Part shown: positions 28,584 to 38,586 of the stretch, piece by piece
How the letters are laid out: each line of letters starts with the position of its first letter
Position numbering within the stretch: the stretch's first letter is position 1
Source: Thiotrichales bacterium
Lineage (GTDB): Bacteria > Pseudomonadota > Gammaproteobacteria > SZUA-229
Direction of reading: 5' to 3'
DNA length: 59,361 bases
NCBI GenBank assembly: GCA_020341835.1
Contig: CP070838.1
Span: 1,884,143 to 1,943,503 of the forward strand
Notes under the pieces: model-generated
The model's database searches: none
Seen by the model: the letters and a program-made list of their open reading frames with translations, nothing else
What the model was told of the DNA's origin: nothing
Position numbers and translations under genes: made by a program

Positions 28584-30887
28584 CTAATCTTCAGATTTCT
28601 TATCCGGCAATGTCTTGACGTGGACGTCGCGTTGTGGGAACGGGATTTCGATACCTTCCTCGCGGAACGCCTTGTCTATTGCAAAATTCAGATTGCTGAT
28701 GGTGCTTAAGCGTCTGTCTACATCATAAAGGTGTACGCGCAGTTCAAAGTCCAGAGAACTGTCGCCAAAGCCGCGGAACAGTACCATCGGTCTTGGGGAA
28801 GAGCCGTCTTTGACAACCAGATCATTTTCTTCTGCAACCTGTGACAGTATATAACGGACTTTTTCGGTGTCGCTGCCGTAGGCAACACCGACCCGAACGA
28901 TAGCGCGGCCGCGTACGTCCCCGAGCATGAAGTTGGTCACCTGGTTGGAGATCAGCTCTGAATTGGGCACGATAACATCCGATCGATCGAATGTAACGAT
29001 GCGCGTTGAACGAATACGTATATCCTGTACGTAACCTTCGGTTGTGCCTACCTGTATCCAGTCGCCCTTTCGAATAGGTCTTTCAAACAACAGGATCAGA
29101 CCGGAAACGAAATTATTGACAATGTTTTGCAAACCGAAACCGATACCAACAGAAAGCGCGCCGGCAATAATTGCGATATTACTGAAATCAAAACCGGCAA
29201 CGGACAGGGCGGCGAGGGCAGCAATCACAAACATTACATAGCCGGTAATGGTGACCATGGCTTCACGTGCGCCACGCTCCATGGTTGTTTTCGGCAGCCA
29301 GTTGCTCTCAAGCTGACGTTTTATCCAGCCTGTCGAGGATATAATGATCGCGAGAACAAATATCGAAAGAAGAATCTTGCTGGGAACAATTCGGAATTCC
29401 ACGATCTGGAAACCGTGGACAATATAATTTCGCAGGTGCTGAATTACTGAGCCTGTCTGGTCCCATGAACTCAGCAGGATATATGCGAAACCGCCCCAGA
29501 TAACAATGGTGGTTAACAGGCGAATCCAGACCAGCCCGGGCAGGTTTTTGTTGTCTTCTACAGCGAGTTTCGTACGCAATCGCTTGCACCATTCATAGGT
29601 GCCGTCATCCATTGCGTTGAACAGGTCTCTGAACAACTTGGATAAAGTCATGAATACGGCAAGAATGATAAATGTAAGTAACAGTGATCTGCGGCCATGA
29701 AGCCCGAGATTTCGGTAGCCGATCCATTCAGCCGCCAGCGAAATGGCAAATACCATGATCATCACGATTAGCAGCCAGCGCATGTTGGCCAGTTTCGGCG
29801 ACCGCACCAGTACCATGAAAAGCCATATCAGGTTGAGCACGAACAACAGTGAGAATATATCCCTGAGCAGCAGGCGGTTGGATTCAGGGATGCTTTCGGA
29901 AAACACTGTATAGAAAGCCATATAACCAACGAAGGTCAGCATGGCCAGTATGTGCAGGCGCCGCGAGAGCTTGACCGCGATGCCCGGGGTAAAATCGATA
30001 AAAGTTTTAGCGGGTTGTACCGGAGAAAAAATAAAGCGGACCGTAGCAATAAAAACCAGATAGAATAAAAGACTGACCGATAAGGTCGTTATAAACGGCG
30101 TTGGCTTAATATCTTTTGTCGCGATCGACAAGGTAAATGCAGCTATGGCCGCCGCGAGTAACCAGGGCAGGAATTGTGCAATCGTGGTTAAAGCGGCCTG
30201 TGCGAGGTGTTCTGAAAAATCGTCGATCCATTCGATTCTTTGCTCGAGTCTGCGTAGAACACCGCGAATCCATAAACCAATAATCATCATCAGGGCTACA
30301 GTGGCGACAAGGATGCCGGTATATGTTGCATCCAGTTCCTGTATGCCGGCATGCTTCCAGAAGAAAGTGCCTGACTCGGTGATTACCTCAAACGGGCTTT
30401 CTAGATATTCAACGGCCAGTCTATAGATATGCGGGCCGCGGATCAGGTATTTTTCCTTGAAATAGGATTTTTCCGCCAGCGAGATGTGTTCACTGGCCTT
30501 GTCGCTGTTCTGTTTGTATAGATTGCACTTGGCCAGCGCCTTGTCGAGCTGTTCCTTTTCCTTTTGCAGTTTGTCCCTTTGCTTGGTGACTTCTGCCGCT
30601 TCATCCTTGACTTTTTCACCCAGCGCGTCGATGGATTCCTGTGCTTTCTTTATCTTCGCTTCGTTATCGGCAATACAGACCGAAGCTTCACCGCTGAGCT
30701 TGATAGTGACCTTGGTCCAGGCGGCCAGGTCGTTCTGGTCAAAGATGCCGCGATCCAGCTTATAGGTGATAGTCTTTATTTTTTTCGAAAGTGCTTCGAG
30801 TTCGTCCGTTTTTTCTGCTTCAGCTGACCAGGCTGTTGTTGTTACCAACAACGCCAGGAAGGTGAAGAGCTGGGTTATATGTTTCAT
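28584..30887 (-). CDS. Mechanosensitive ion channel, MscK/KefA-like (MscS family with a periplasmic coiled-coil N-domain)
   Basis: The start at the 30887 ATG overlaps the nhaA stop (ATGA) and gives a signal peptide MKHITQLFTFLALLVTTTAWSAEA. There is a coiled-coil region, more than 8 TM helices, and an MscS core (GALSVGIGFGLQNIVNNFVSGLILLFERPIRKGDWIQV...). Confidence 0.85.
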   Translation of the reverse strand: MKHITQLFTFLALLVTTTAWSAEAEKTDELEALSKKIKTITYKLDRGIFDQNDLAAWTKVTIKLSGEASVCIADNEAKIKKAQESIDALGEKVKDEAAEVTKQRDKLQKEKEQLDKALAKCNLYKQNSDKASEHISLAEKSYFKEKYLIRGPHIYRLAVEYLESPFEVITESGTFFWKHAGIQELDATYTGILVATVALMMIIGLWIRGVLRRLEQRIEWIDDFSEHLAQAALTTIAQFLPWLLAAAIAAFTLSIATKDIKPTPFITTLSVSLLFYLVFIATVRFIFSPVQPAKTFIDFTPGIAVKLSRRLHILAMLTFVGYMAFYTVFSESIPESNRLLLRDIFSLLFVLNLIWLFMVLVRSPKLANMRWLLIVMIMVFAISLAAEWIGYRNLGLHGRRSLLLTFIILAVFMTLSKLFRDLFNAMDDGTYEWCKRLRTKLAVEDNKNLPGLVWIRLLTTIVIWGGFAYILLSSWDQTGSVIQHLRNYIVHGFQIVEFRIVPSKILLSIFVLAIIISSTGWIKRQLESNWLPKTTMERGAREAMVTITGYVMFVIAALAALSVAGFDFSNIAIIAGALSVGIGFGLQNIVNNFVSGLILLFERPIRKGDWIQVGTTEGYVQDIRIRSTRIVTFDRSDVIVPNSELISNQVTNFMLGDVRGRAIVRVGVAYGSDTEKVRYILSQVAEENDLVVKDGSSPRPMVLFRGFGDSSLDFELRVHLYDVDRRLSTISNLNFAIDKAFREEGIEIPFPQRDVHVKTLPDKKSED

Positions 30888-32071
30888 TCGTATTTGGTTT
30901 CCACGCTGCAACCTTTTCCGCACCTCAAAACGAGGTAGCCAACGATACCTGACAAAAATGATGCGATTAGGATCGCAAGTTTGTCTGTGTGTTGATAAAT
31001 GCTGTCATCGGGAAACGCCAGAGAATCGACGAACAGGCTCATCGTGAAGCCAATGCCTGTCAATACGGATACTCCGTATAGCTGTAGCCATGTGCTGTTG
31101 GCGGGAAGCGAAGCGAGTTTGAATTTTATCGCGATAAAACTGAAGACAAATACGCCGATTTGCTTGCCGAGAAAAAGACCGGCAATGATTCCAAGTGGTA
31201 CCGGACCAGTAATCTGTTCAAACGAAACGTCTCTCAGGTCCACGCCGGCGTTCACAAACGCGAAAAGTGGTAATACGAAAAAAGCCACCCAGTAATGCAG
31301 GTCGTGTTCCAGGGATTTTGCCAGGGATATCTTTATGCCTTCGGCATCGACGGGTTTCAACGGGATCGTAAAAGCAAGCGCTACGCCGGCGAGCGTTGCA
31401 TGTACGCCCGATTTCAATACGCTGACCCATAATATGACTCCGACAATAATATATGCAGCTTTTTTAACGACGCCAAGGCGGTTCATCGCGACCAGTGCCG
31501 CCAGCGCAACGGATGCAATGATAATCGACACCGTTGAAAGTTCGACGGTATAGAACAGCGCAATAACGACGATGGCTCCCAGGTCATCGAGGATCGCCAG
31601 TGCGAGAAGGAATACCTTTAACGACGCGGGTACCCTTTTGCCAAGCATCGACAGAATGCCGAGCGCAAATGCGATATCTGTTGCAGTGGGAATGGCCCAT
31701 CCGCGCAAGGCCACGGAATCGCCATGATTGAAGTACACGTAAAAAAGCGCAGGAACGAGCATGCCACCAACAGCCGCGACACCGGGCAGTACGACTTGTG
31801 AAATTGTTGACAGATGACCCTCAATGATCTCTCGTTTGACCTCGAGGCCGATCAGAAAAAAGAATATCGCCATCAAACCATCGTTGATCCACAAATAGAG
31901 CGGTTTGTCGATGTGCAGGTGGCCAAAACGTATTTCAACCGGGGTATGCAAAAAAGCATCGTACAACGGAGACAGGAAGGAGTTCTGCAGCAGTAAAGCA
32001 AGTATGGTTACGAAAATCAGAGTGATTCCCGCGGAAGATTCCTTCTTGATAAATTCTTCTAGAAAATTCAT
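30884..32071 (-). CDS. nhaA: Na+/H+ antiporter NhaA
   Basis: 395 aa, WINDGLMAIFFFLIGLEVKREI ... ILDDLGAIVVIALFYT, with the canonical NhaA motifs. Confidence 0.93.
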   Translation of the reverse strand: MNFLEEFIKKESSAGITLIFVTILALLLQNSFLSPLYDAFLHTPVEIRFGHLHIDKPLYLWINDGLMAIFFFLIGLEVKREIIEGHLSTISQVVLPGVAAVGGMLVPALFYVYFNHGDSVALRGWAIPTATDIAFALGILSMLGKRVPASLKVFLLALAILDDLGAIVVIALFYTVELSTVSIIIASVALAALVAMNRLGVVKKAAYIIVGVILWVSVLKSGVHATLAGVALAFTIPLKPVDAEGIKISLAKSLEHDLHYWVAFFVLPLFAFVNAGVDLRDVSFEQITGPVPLGIIAGLFLGKQIGVFVFSFIAIKFKLASLPANSTWLQLYGVSVLTGIGFTMSLFVDSLAFPDDSIYQHTDKLAILIASFLSGIVGYLVLRCGKGCSVETKYE

Positions 32072-32098
32072 GGTCTTCCTGCTGTCTGTCCGGTGCGT

Positions 32099-32467
32099 TC
32101 AGTAGGTGGATTGTGCCAAAAAAACAAGAACGAGTGCAATCGCGCCTGGCAGCGCCTGTATCCAGATGATTTGCCGATTCACAGATAATGCACCAAAAAT
32201 GCCCGCGATAATGACACAACTGAGAAAAAACAGCTGTAATGGCCAGGCAAATTGTTCATCGAGCAGGCTCCAGAGCAGCCCGGCTGCGAGAAATCCATTG
32301 TACAGCCCCTGGTTGGCGGCAAGTCTACGGGTTGATCGGGCGAATTCAGCGTCCAGGCCAAGCAGGCGGCGGCCTGACTTTCTGTTCCACAGGATCATTT
32401 CGAGCATCAGGAAACAGAGGTGCAACAGTGCCACGCAAAAAACAGCGATGTCCGCGAGTGTTTGCAT
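32099..32467 (-). CDS. DUF1304 family membrane protein
   Basis: 122 aa with 4 TM helices and the motif LAANQGLYNGFLAAGLLW. Confidence 0.7.
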   Translation of the reverse strand: MQTLADIAVFCVALLHLCFLMLEMILWNRKSGRRLLGLDAEFARSTRRLAANQGLYNGFLAAGLLWSLLDEQFAWPLQLFFLSCVIIAGIFGALSVNRQIIWIQALPGAIALVLVFLAQSTY

Positions 32468-32595
32468 ATCAAATCAGACAGGTGTGATTCGATAGTCCCG
32501 TGTGTCTCCCGGTGCGTTTTGAGCGGATAAGGCCAAACAAAGCAAGCACGCGAGCACAGGTCGATTCCTGTCCTGTTCAGGTGGCCACATGGTTA

Positions 32596-33744
32596 TCAGT
32601 ATTCGTACGTGATGCCGACCGTTGTGCGGAAGTCGTCGCTCAGTGGAACCACGCCGTCTGCGGCCGCCGTCGGCTTGGCGATATGATCCCAGATGAAAGA
32701 TATATCGAAATCAAAAGATCCGGTGATTTCACTTTCGAAAGTGGTCACCATATGGTGGGTATAGCCGCCCGAGGCATTGTCGACCCAGGTTATGGCGTAG
32801 CTGTAGATAAAATCGATCTTCTTGGTCACTTCGAGATCGTAATCGGTGGCCAAAACCAGCGCCGGTGTTGTCTCTTCCTCGTTTTCGCCCGCCTCTACCG
32901 AGACGAATTGCGTCGCCTGATAAGCGGGACCGCCGGTGACGTTCCATTCGGTCCGGCTGGTGTCGATTATGGTGTAACCAAGGCCGGTACCGATGGTGAC
33001 CCTGGAGTCGATGTTAAGAAACGGATCCCTGTAGTATTCGCCAAATATCGGGCGGTAAAAGAAGCGGCGGGTCTTGAACCGGTCAGCATTTGCGGTGATG
33101 CGATGGTTATTGATGGTTTCAATATCCTGGGTATTCGAGATGTTACCGACGTAGTCCAGGTTAAACCTTGTGCGCGGGGTTTGCCGTTTGACGTTGAGTT
33201 TGGCATTGTAGTCTACCTGGTCGGTGTTGCCGCTTCTGACGATCAGGCCGAGAGTCAGCTTGGCAGACCAGAAATCCATTTCCTCCTCGCCGCCGGTGAT
33301 AAAGGAAACCAGCCTGCTGCGGTCGTATTCCCTGGCTGCATCGCCGTTGGTGACAATGATTTTGTTCTGGTTTATTTCGAAAAAACCATAGACCGTTCCA
33401 ACACCCTCGATGTTCGCGCTGCCCGGTATATGGGTTTCTACATATCTGACGTCTTCCCAGTCCAGGTTGAGCAGATCCAGCTTGTCACTGTCAAATTCCA
33501 GCGTGTCTTTATACAGGCCCTTGATTTCCCCCTTGAGCCACTCGCCCGAGACCAGTTGCACCCAGTCGAAGTCGGTGGCCGAGGGTTTGGAGGTTTCCCA
33601 TTTGAAAGTCTCTTTCAAATATTCCTTGTCCTCTTCCTTGACGGGTACGTCGATAGGTGTTTGCTGCGCGTAGGTGTTGCCGGAAAAACTAAAAATTGTG
33701 CAGCAAGCGACAAGAATCAGGCGAAGGCTTTTTACTGGATGCAC
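32596..33744 (-). CDS. Outer-membrane protein, DUF481 (YdiY-like)
   Basis: 382 aa with a signal peptide ending NTYAQQ, beta-barrel periodicity and a C-terminal ...VGITYEY. The 448-aa ORF on the opposite strand is antisense noise. Confidence 0.6.
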   Translation of the reverse strand: MHPVKSLRLILVACCTIFSFSGNTYAQQTPIDVPVKEEDKEYLKETFKWETSKPSATDFDWVQLVSGEWLKGEIKGLYKDTLEFDSDKLDLLNLDWEDVRYVETHIPGSANIEGVGTVYGFFEINQNKIIVTNGDAAREYDRSRLVSFITGGEEEMDFWSAKLTLGLIVRSGNTDQVDYNAKLNVKRQTPRTRFNLDYVGNISNTQDIETINNHRITANADRFKTRRFFYRPIFGEYYRDPFLNIDSRVTIGTGLGYTIIDTSRTEWNVTGGPAYQATQFVSVEAGENEEETTPALVLATDYDLEVTKKIDFIYSYAITWVDNASGGYTHHMVTTFESEITGSFDFDISFIWDHIAKPTAAADGVVPLSDDFRTTVGITYEY

Positions 33745-33790
33745 GAGTCTTATTCTTGTTGGGTATTAATTGGTCAGGAGCAGCGATGTA

Positions 33791-34051
33791 TTATTCTACA
33801 AGATCGTCCAGTTTGTCTTCCATGTGAAGTTCGGTCAGCTCGGTAAATCCACCGATCCATTTTCCGTCGATCGCGATCTGTGGCACCGTGCGAGCACCGT
33901 TGGTGATACTGGTGAACTCTCGGCGGGCCGCCATGTCTGTATCGACACGCGCTTCATCATAAGGGATACCCCATTTGCTGAGTAAATGCTTGGTTTTTTC
34001 GCATATCGGGCAGATCCCGGTGCTGTATACGGTCACTCTTGCCATGGTCAC
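33791..34051 (-). CDS. Glutaredoxin (Grx3-like; CPIC active site)
   Basis: 86 aa, VTVYSTGICPICEKTKHLLSKWGIPYDEARVD ... RTVPQIAIDGKWIGGFTEL. Confidence 0.8.
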   Translation of the reverse strand: MTMARVTVYSTGICPICEKTKHLLSKWGIPYDEARVDTDMAARREFTSITNGARTVPQIAIDGKWIGGFTELTELHMEDKLDDLVE

Positions 34052-34136
34052 AGATTAAACCCACTTCTAACAAGTTGTTTCTATTACGAATATATTGTGT
34101 GAAAATGAGGCGCATTTCCAACGGGACAGATTTTAC

Positions 34137-35186
34137 ATGAGTTTCAAGGTAACCGTACCGGCCAGCGGCCACGAATTTGATGTCGAACAGGGTGAAACCG
34201 TACTCGATGCCGCGCTGCGCCAGGGTATCGGACTGCCCTACGGCTGCCGTAACGGTGCCTGCGGTAAATGTGCCGGCGAGCTTGCCGCCGGTGAGATCGC
34301 CTATTCGGGCGAGCTCAGCGGCCTGGCGCTGGAGCAGCAGCAACAGGGCAAGACGCTGTTTTGTCAGGCCTGTCCACAGAGCAATCTCGAAATCAAGGTG
34401 CGAGAGATCAGTACCAGCCGCGATGTCGAGATCAAGACCCTGCCCTGCCGCGTTGAAAAAATGGAGCTGCTGACCCATGACATCATGAAACTCGAGCTGA
34501 AACTGCCGGAGACCGAGCGACTGCAATTTCTCGCCGGGCAGTATATCGAGTTCCTGCTGAAGGACGGCAAGCGCCGCGCCTTTTCCATTGCCAATGCGCC
34601 GCATGATGATGAATTCATTGAATTGCACATACGCCACGTGCCCGACGGCCAGTTTGGTGATTACGTTTTCGATGGAATGAAGGTCAAGGAGCTGCTGCGC
34701 CTGGAGGGGCCGCTGGGCAACTATTACCTGCGCGAAGAATCCGATCGACCGATCATCCTGATGGGCGGCGGCACCGGCTTCGCGCCGCTGAAAGGCATGC
34801 TGGAACATGCGTTCCATATTGGCCTGGACAGGCCGATTCATCTTTTCTGCGGTGTGCGCGCCCGCAGGGACCTTTACATGGATGACATGGTGAATGGCTG
34901 GCTGGCGCAATACGACAACCTGAAATACACGCCGGTACTGTCTGAACCGCAGGCAGATGACGACTGGCAGGGCACAACCGGATTTGTACACGAAGCCATT
35001 ATCGAAGCCTACCCCGACCTTTCCGGCTACGACGTCTACATGAGCGGGCCGCCACCGATGATCAAGGCGGGTATGGATGCGTTCTATGCCCACGGTCTGC
35101 CCGAGAGCCAGATCTATTCGGATTCGTTCGAATATTCCGACGACGCGCTCCGCGCGATGGGCATTACGAAGCCGAACGTGGGCTGA
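34137..35186 (+). CDS. 2Fe-2S ferredoxin / FNR-type flavin reductase (CDP-6-deoxy-delta-3,4-glucoseen reductase-like, Fre-related)
   Basis: Start at the 34137 ATG (MSFKVTVPASGHEF). Plant-type ferredoxin cysteines (CRNGACGKC...CQAC), RAFSIAN flavin motif and GGGTGFAPL NAD(P)H motif. Confidence 0.85.
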   Translation: MSFKVTVPASGHEFDVEQGETVLDAALRQGIGLPYGCRNGACGKCAGELAAGEIAYSGELSGLALEQQQQGKTLFCQACPQSNLEIKVREISTSRDVEIKTLPCRVEKMELLTHDIMKLELKLPETERLQFLAGQYIEFLLKDGKRRAFSIANAPHDDEFIELHIRHVPDGQFGDYVFDGMKVKELLRLEGPLGNYYLREESDRPIILMGGGTGFAPLKGMLEHAFHIGLDRPIHLFCGVRARRDLYMDDMVNGWLAQYDNLKYTPVLSEPQADDDWQGTTGFVHEAIIEAYPDLSGYDVYMSGPPPMIKAGMDAFYAHGLPESQIYSDSFEYSDDALRAMGITKPNVG

Positions 35187-35233
35187 ATCACATCCCGATA
35201 CGCCTGATCTACGCAAAGGTTTAAAACGTATCT

Positions 35234-35257
35234 TGTAGGAGCGGCTTTAGCCGCGAA
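35234..35257 (+). repeat. REP unit
   Basis: TGTAGGAGCGGCTTTAGCCGCGAA, identical to the copies at 14204, 37003 and 50203. Confidence 0.8.
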
Positions 35258-35277
35258 TGCTCGATGAAAAAACTTAA

Positions 35278-35482
35278 TCCACAGATGAACGCAGATAAAC
35301 ACAGATATTTAATGTCGCCTGCGTAATTCCCGCGCATGCGGGAGTAGCGTTGTTGATTAGAAAAATAGAAGTCCGCGAAAAACGCGAACGTAAAACAAGT
35401 AAAAAGCGCTTTTCGCGTCCTTTGCGTTTTTTGCGGAAAAAAACATGCTTTAAATCTGTGTTTATCTGCGTTCATCTGTGGA
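35278..35482 (-). mobile_element. MITE-like element, copy A (interior inverted relative to copies B-D)
   Basis: 29-bp perfect terminal inverted repeats, TCCACAGATGAACGCAGATAAACACAGAT / ATCTGTGTTTATCTGCGTTCATCTGTGGA. The interior is homologous to the other copies in reverse orientation. No ORF with protein-like features. Confidence 0.75.
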
Positions 35483-35527
35483 CCAAAAAATGCGCTGCAC
35501 CCCAGAGAGCGCGTTCAATCTACCGTA

Positions 35528-36946
35528 TCACAACAACGGCGAAGCCAGCCGCGCAATCTGGCAGGCGATTCGGTAGGGCAACGGTTTGCGGTCGTAGTGT
35601 TCACATTGAACCGGCGTGCTGTTTTCAAGATCATCCAGCAGCATGGCTTCAACCTCGCTGATGAAGCCAGCGTCTGCAACCAGTGCGGTTGCCTCGAAAT
35701 TCAGGTAAATCGACCGGTTATCCAGGTTGACGGTGCCGATGCCGGCGACCGTGTCATCAACCAGTATCACTTTCTGATGCATGAAATGCTCGCGGTACCG
35801 GTACAGGCGTACACCGTTGTTCAGCATGTCATCGTAATAGGTGTACGATGCCAGCTCGACAAAGACCTGGTCGGCCACATCGGGCAGAATGATGCGCACG
35901 TCTACGCCGCGCAACGCCGCGGCCTGCAGTGCAACGACGATTGCATCATTGGGTACAAAATACGGACTGGTGATCCACAGCCGCGAGCGTGCCTGACTGA
36001 TCAGGGTAGAAAACAGGATGCTGCAGTTCGCCAGTGTATCGGCCGGCCCGGTATTCACAATGGCGACGGCCTGGTCCGAGTTCTCTGCGGTGACGATTTC
36101 CGGGCTGGCGGGTATCAGGGTTTCGGTGGCCCAGTACCAGTCCTCAGCAAAGCTCAGCTGGATATGCTGGGCGGCAGGGCCATCCATCCTCAGGTGTGTG
36201 TCACGGTAGACCAGGTATTCTTCGCCGAGATTATTGCCGCCGATGAAACCGGTGCGTCCATCAGCCACCAGCAACTTGCGATGATTACGGAAATTGATCT
36301 GGAAACGGTTGCTGCGACCTTTGGTGGTCTTGAAGCCCGATACCGCGATACCGGCATCGCGCATCACCTGGAGGTAGGCGTCCGGCAGTTTGATACTGCC
36401 GATTTCGTCGTAAAGGAAAAAAACGCTTACGCCACTGCGCGCCCTGGCCACCAGCGCATCGCGCATGCGCCTGCCGATGGCATCGTCGCGCACGATATAG
36501 AACTGCACCAGTACATAGGATTCGGCCGCCTCGATTGCGCGAATCATGTTCTCGTAGGTTTCCTCACCATCGATCAGCAATTCGACCTTGTTTGAACCCA
36601 GAAACGGCAGTTGAGTCAGCTTTCTAGTCAGCGATTCGATCGGCTCCAGCTGCGGACGCGGTTGCGCCGCCATCGCATTCATATTGACCAGCCATTCACG
36701 GGCTCTTGCCTCGACACTGGCTACCGCCTCGCGCAGTGCTTCGCTATAACCCTGAAAACGCGTGCGGCCGAATACCGCATAGAGCGGGACCGTGACGACC
36801 GGTAAGGCGATAAGCGCGATGAACCAGGCAATCGTGCCCTGCGATGAACGTGGCTGCATCACCACATTGAGCGCCAGCAGCACCCCGAGAATTTCGGCGA
36901 CAACCAGGATGTACCCAATAAGAGAGAGGCCCTGCATATCAAGCAT
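35528..36946 (-). CDS. cls: Cardiolipin synthase
   Basis: 472 aa with two N-terminal TM helices and two HKD motifs (NHRKLLVADG..., MHQKVILVDD...). Confidence 0.9.
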   Translation of the reverse strand: MLDMQGLSLIGYILVVAEILGVLLALNVVMQPRSSQGTIAWFIALIALPVVTVPLYAVFGRTRFQGYSEALREAVASVEARAREWLVNMNAMAAQPRPQLEPIESLTRKLTQLPFLGSNKVELLIDGEETYENMIRAIEAAESYVLVQFYIVRDDAIGRRMRDALVARARSGVSVFFLYDEIGSIKLPDAYLQVMRDAGIAVSGFKTTKGRSNRFQINFRNHRKLLVADGRTGFIGGNNLGEEYLVYRDTHLRMDGPAAQHIQLSFAEDWYWATETLIPASPEIVTAENSDQAVAIVNTGPADTLANCSILFSTLISQARSRLWITSPYFVPNDAIVVALQAAALRGVDVRIILPDVADQVFVELASYTYYDDMLNNGVRLYRYREHFMHQKVILVDDTVAGIGTVNLDNRSIYLNFEATALVADAGFISEVEAMLLDDLENSTPVQCEHYDRKPLPYRIACQIARLASPLL

Positions 36947-37002
36947 GTTGAGTCACCCGGAGTGAATAGTTGAATGTCAGTTGTTCAGCCTGATAAAAGC
37001 AA

Positions 37003-37026
37003 TGTAGGAGCGGCTTTAGCCGCGAA
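37003..37026 (+). repeat. REP unit
   Basis: TGTAGGAGCGGCTTTAGCCGCGAA. Confidence 0.8.
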
Positions 37027-37043
37027 TCCTGGCAAAAAAACAA

Positions 37044-37262
37044 GTCCACAGATGAACGCAGATAAACACGGATGTGTAGGTTATTTGTCCGCGAACAACG
37101 CAAAAAACGCGAAAAAATGATCAGTAAAGAGCGCATTTCGCGTTTTTTGCGGACATTTGTTGCTATCTTTTTGCACCTGACCAAAGATACTGGACTCCTG
37201 CTTGCGCAGGAGTGACGCAGGCAACATAAAAAATCCGTGTTTATCTGCGTTCATCTGTGGAC
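37044..37262 (+). mobile_element. MITE-like element, copy B
   Basis: 30-bp perfect terminal inverted repeat GTCCACAGATGAACGCAGATAAACACGGAT. It has a nested inner inverted repeat (TCCGCGAACAACGC...GCGTTTTTTGCGGA) plus a GC hairpin (CTCCTGCTTGCGCAGGAG). Confidence 0.8.
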
Positions 37263-37320
37263 CAAACAGGCTCTACTCAGGTCCTGCCGGGGTATTGCTC
37301 CAGTTGTCGCGATGACCAGG

Positions 37321-38586
37321 CTAGATAACCCGCAATTCCGGCTTCATGATAACGCGCTGGAAATCGTTCTCTGCCGCTGCCAGCGCTTCTTCGCCGTAAT
37401 CACCTGACAGCATGTGCAGGCCCTGGCGGTAATTTTCCTGGGCCTCGAGGCGGTCTTCCAGCTGGTCTTCCAGAAGCTGTGCCAGTTTTAGATAGGTCAC
37501 CGGCATCGGCTTCGCGGCCAGGCTGGCTTCCAGGTAGGTTCTGGCCGGGCCCCACATGTCCCTGCTCATGTACATCTTGCCCAGTGCGTACAACAGGTGT
37601 TCGTTGTGCTGGTGGTCCTGCAGCCAGCCTTCAACGATACTGATCTGCTGTTCACTGGCCATCACATCCAGTTCGGAGTACAGCACCACGGTCGATTCGA
37701 CCCAGTTATTGCCCAGGTAGTCACGCAGTACCTGTTCGGCTTCACCGGAAGCGTGCAGCTTGACCAGCTCGGCCGCATAGTACTCGATAACTTCGGGAAT
37801 GGCCTTGATGTTGCGCGGCATCAAATCCCACAGCTGTGTCAGCAGGTCGATATCGCCGGTTCTGCCGCGGTCGCTGATCAGGCCGCACCAGGTATCGATC
37901 TCTAGTGATAACAGCTTTTCATCCGAGATGGCGCCGGTTTTCTTCAAATCCGGCAACAATTCGCGCAGGCTTTCCCAGTCTGTAAGCTTGTCGTGTGTTT
38001 TGGCCAGCAGTTTCAGTACGTAGGGATGCTGCGGTGATAGCGCATTGAGGTGGTTCAGCGTCGCCAGCGCCTGTTCAAACTGGTTGTGGTCCATCTGCAG
38101 TTCTGCCTGCGTCAGGCCGATGGCGATGTCTGCATCGGGTGCGCTGTGATGGGCGAGGCGAATGTATTCGTCGCGTCGGTCATGAGCACCCTGGTACTGG
38201 GCTGCACGAGCAGCTGCCAGGTAGGTCAGCAACGGACTCTCGTTGTGCTCGATTTTTTGCAGCAGGATTTTCTCGGCCTTGGCGAAGCGACCTTCGGACA
38301 ACTCGATCAGGCCCTGTTCCAGTGAATGGCGAGCTTTTTCGGTTAGTTGCTCCACCCTCTTTTCCCCGAACAGCCCGGCAAAATGTTTCAACAGTTTGAT
38401 CGTATAGGCCAGTACAGCGAAAGCAATGATGACGGCCAGTAAGCCCACGCCGACTTCGAACAGGCTGGCTTCATAACGGTATTCGGCAAAACTGACCTGC
38501 ATCAGGCCCAGGTCGTTATAGGTGTACATGGCGTAACCGGCGATGATTACGGCCGAAGAAATAAGGACAAAGAGAAGACGATTCAT
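37321..38586 (-). CDS. hemY: Heme biosynthesis-associated TPR protein HemY
   Basis: 421 aa with two N-terminal TM helices followed by TPR-like repeats. It lies directly downstream of hemD with a 4-nt overlap. Confidence 0.8.
   Translation of the reverse strand: MNRLLFVLISSAVIIAGYAMYTYNDLGLMQVSFAEYRYEASLFEVGVGLLAVIIAFAVLAYTIKLLKHFAGLFGEKRVEQLTEKARHSLEQGLIELSEGRFAKAEKILLQKIEHNESPLLTYLAAARAAQYQGAHDRRDEYIRLAHHSAPDADIAIGLTQAELQMDHNQFEQALATLNHLNALSPQHPYVLKLLAKTHDKLTDWESLRELLPDLKKTGAISDEKLLSLEIDTWCGLISDRGRTGDIDLLTQLWDLMPRNIKAIPEVIEYYAAELVKLHASGEAEQVLRDYLGNNWVESTVVLYSELDVMASEQQISIVEGWLQDHQHNEHLLYALGKMYMSRDMWGPARTYLEASLAAKPMPVTYLKLAQLLEDQLEDRLEAQENYRQGLHMLSGDYGEEALAAAENDFQRVIMKPELRVI

Noticed and set aside
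32500-33846. 448-aa ORF on the plus strand
   Set aside because: It is fully antisense to the DUF481 outer-membrane protein gene (32596-33744). The product is low-complexity and Val/Gly/Asp/Arg-rich with no recognisable motif, whereas the minus-strand product has a signal peptide and barrel features.
33791-34051. Glutaredoxin CPIC active site as an anomaly
   Set aside because: CPxC variants other than CPYC occur naturally in glutaredoxin families. This is not enough to flag as novel without an alignment.
33957-35216. 419-aa ORF on the minus strand
   Set aside because: It is antisense to the ferredoxin/FNR reductase, which has clear 2Fe-2S and flavin/NAD(P)H motifs. The antisense product has none and overlaps the glutaredoxin gene.
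35221-35661. Small ORFs spanning MITE/REP copies (35221-35475, 35350-35661; also 36939-37184, 47476-47751, 47529-47834, 50304-50633, 14167-14442)
   Set aside because: Their sequence is dictated by the repeats: the recurring PQMNADKH peptide from the terminal inverted repeats and CRSGFSRE-type peptides from the REP. They lack an RBS and read in both orientations of the same element.
35597-36595. 332-aa ORF on the plus strand
   Set aside because: It is antisense to cardiolipin synthase, whose two HKD motifs lie on the minus strand. This is a typical long shadow ORF in GC3-rich coding sequence.
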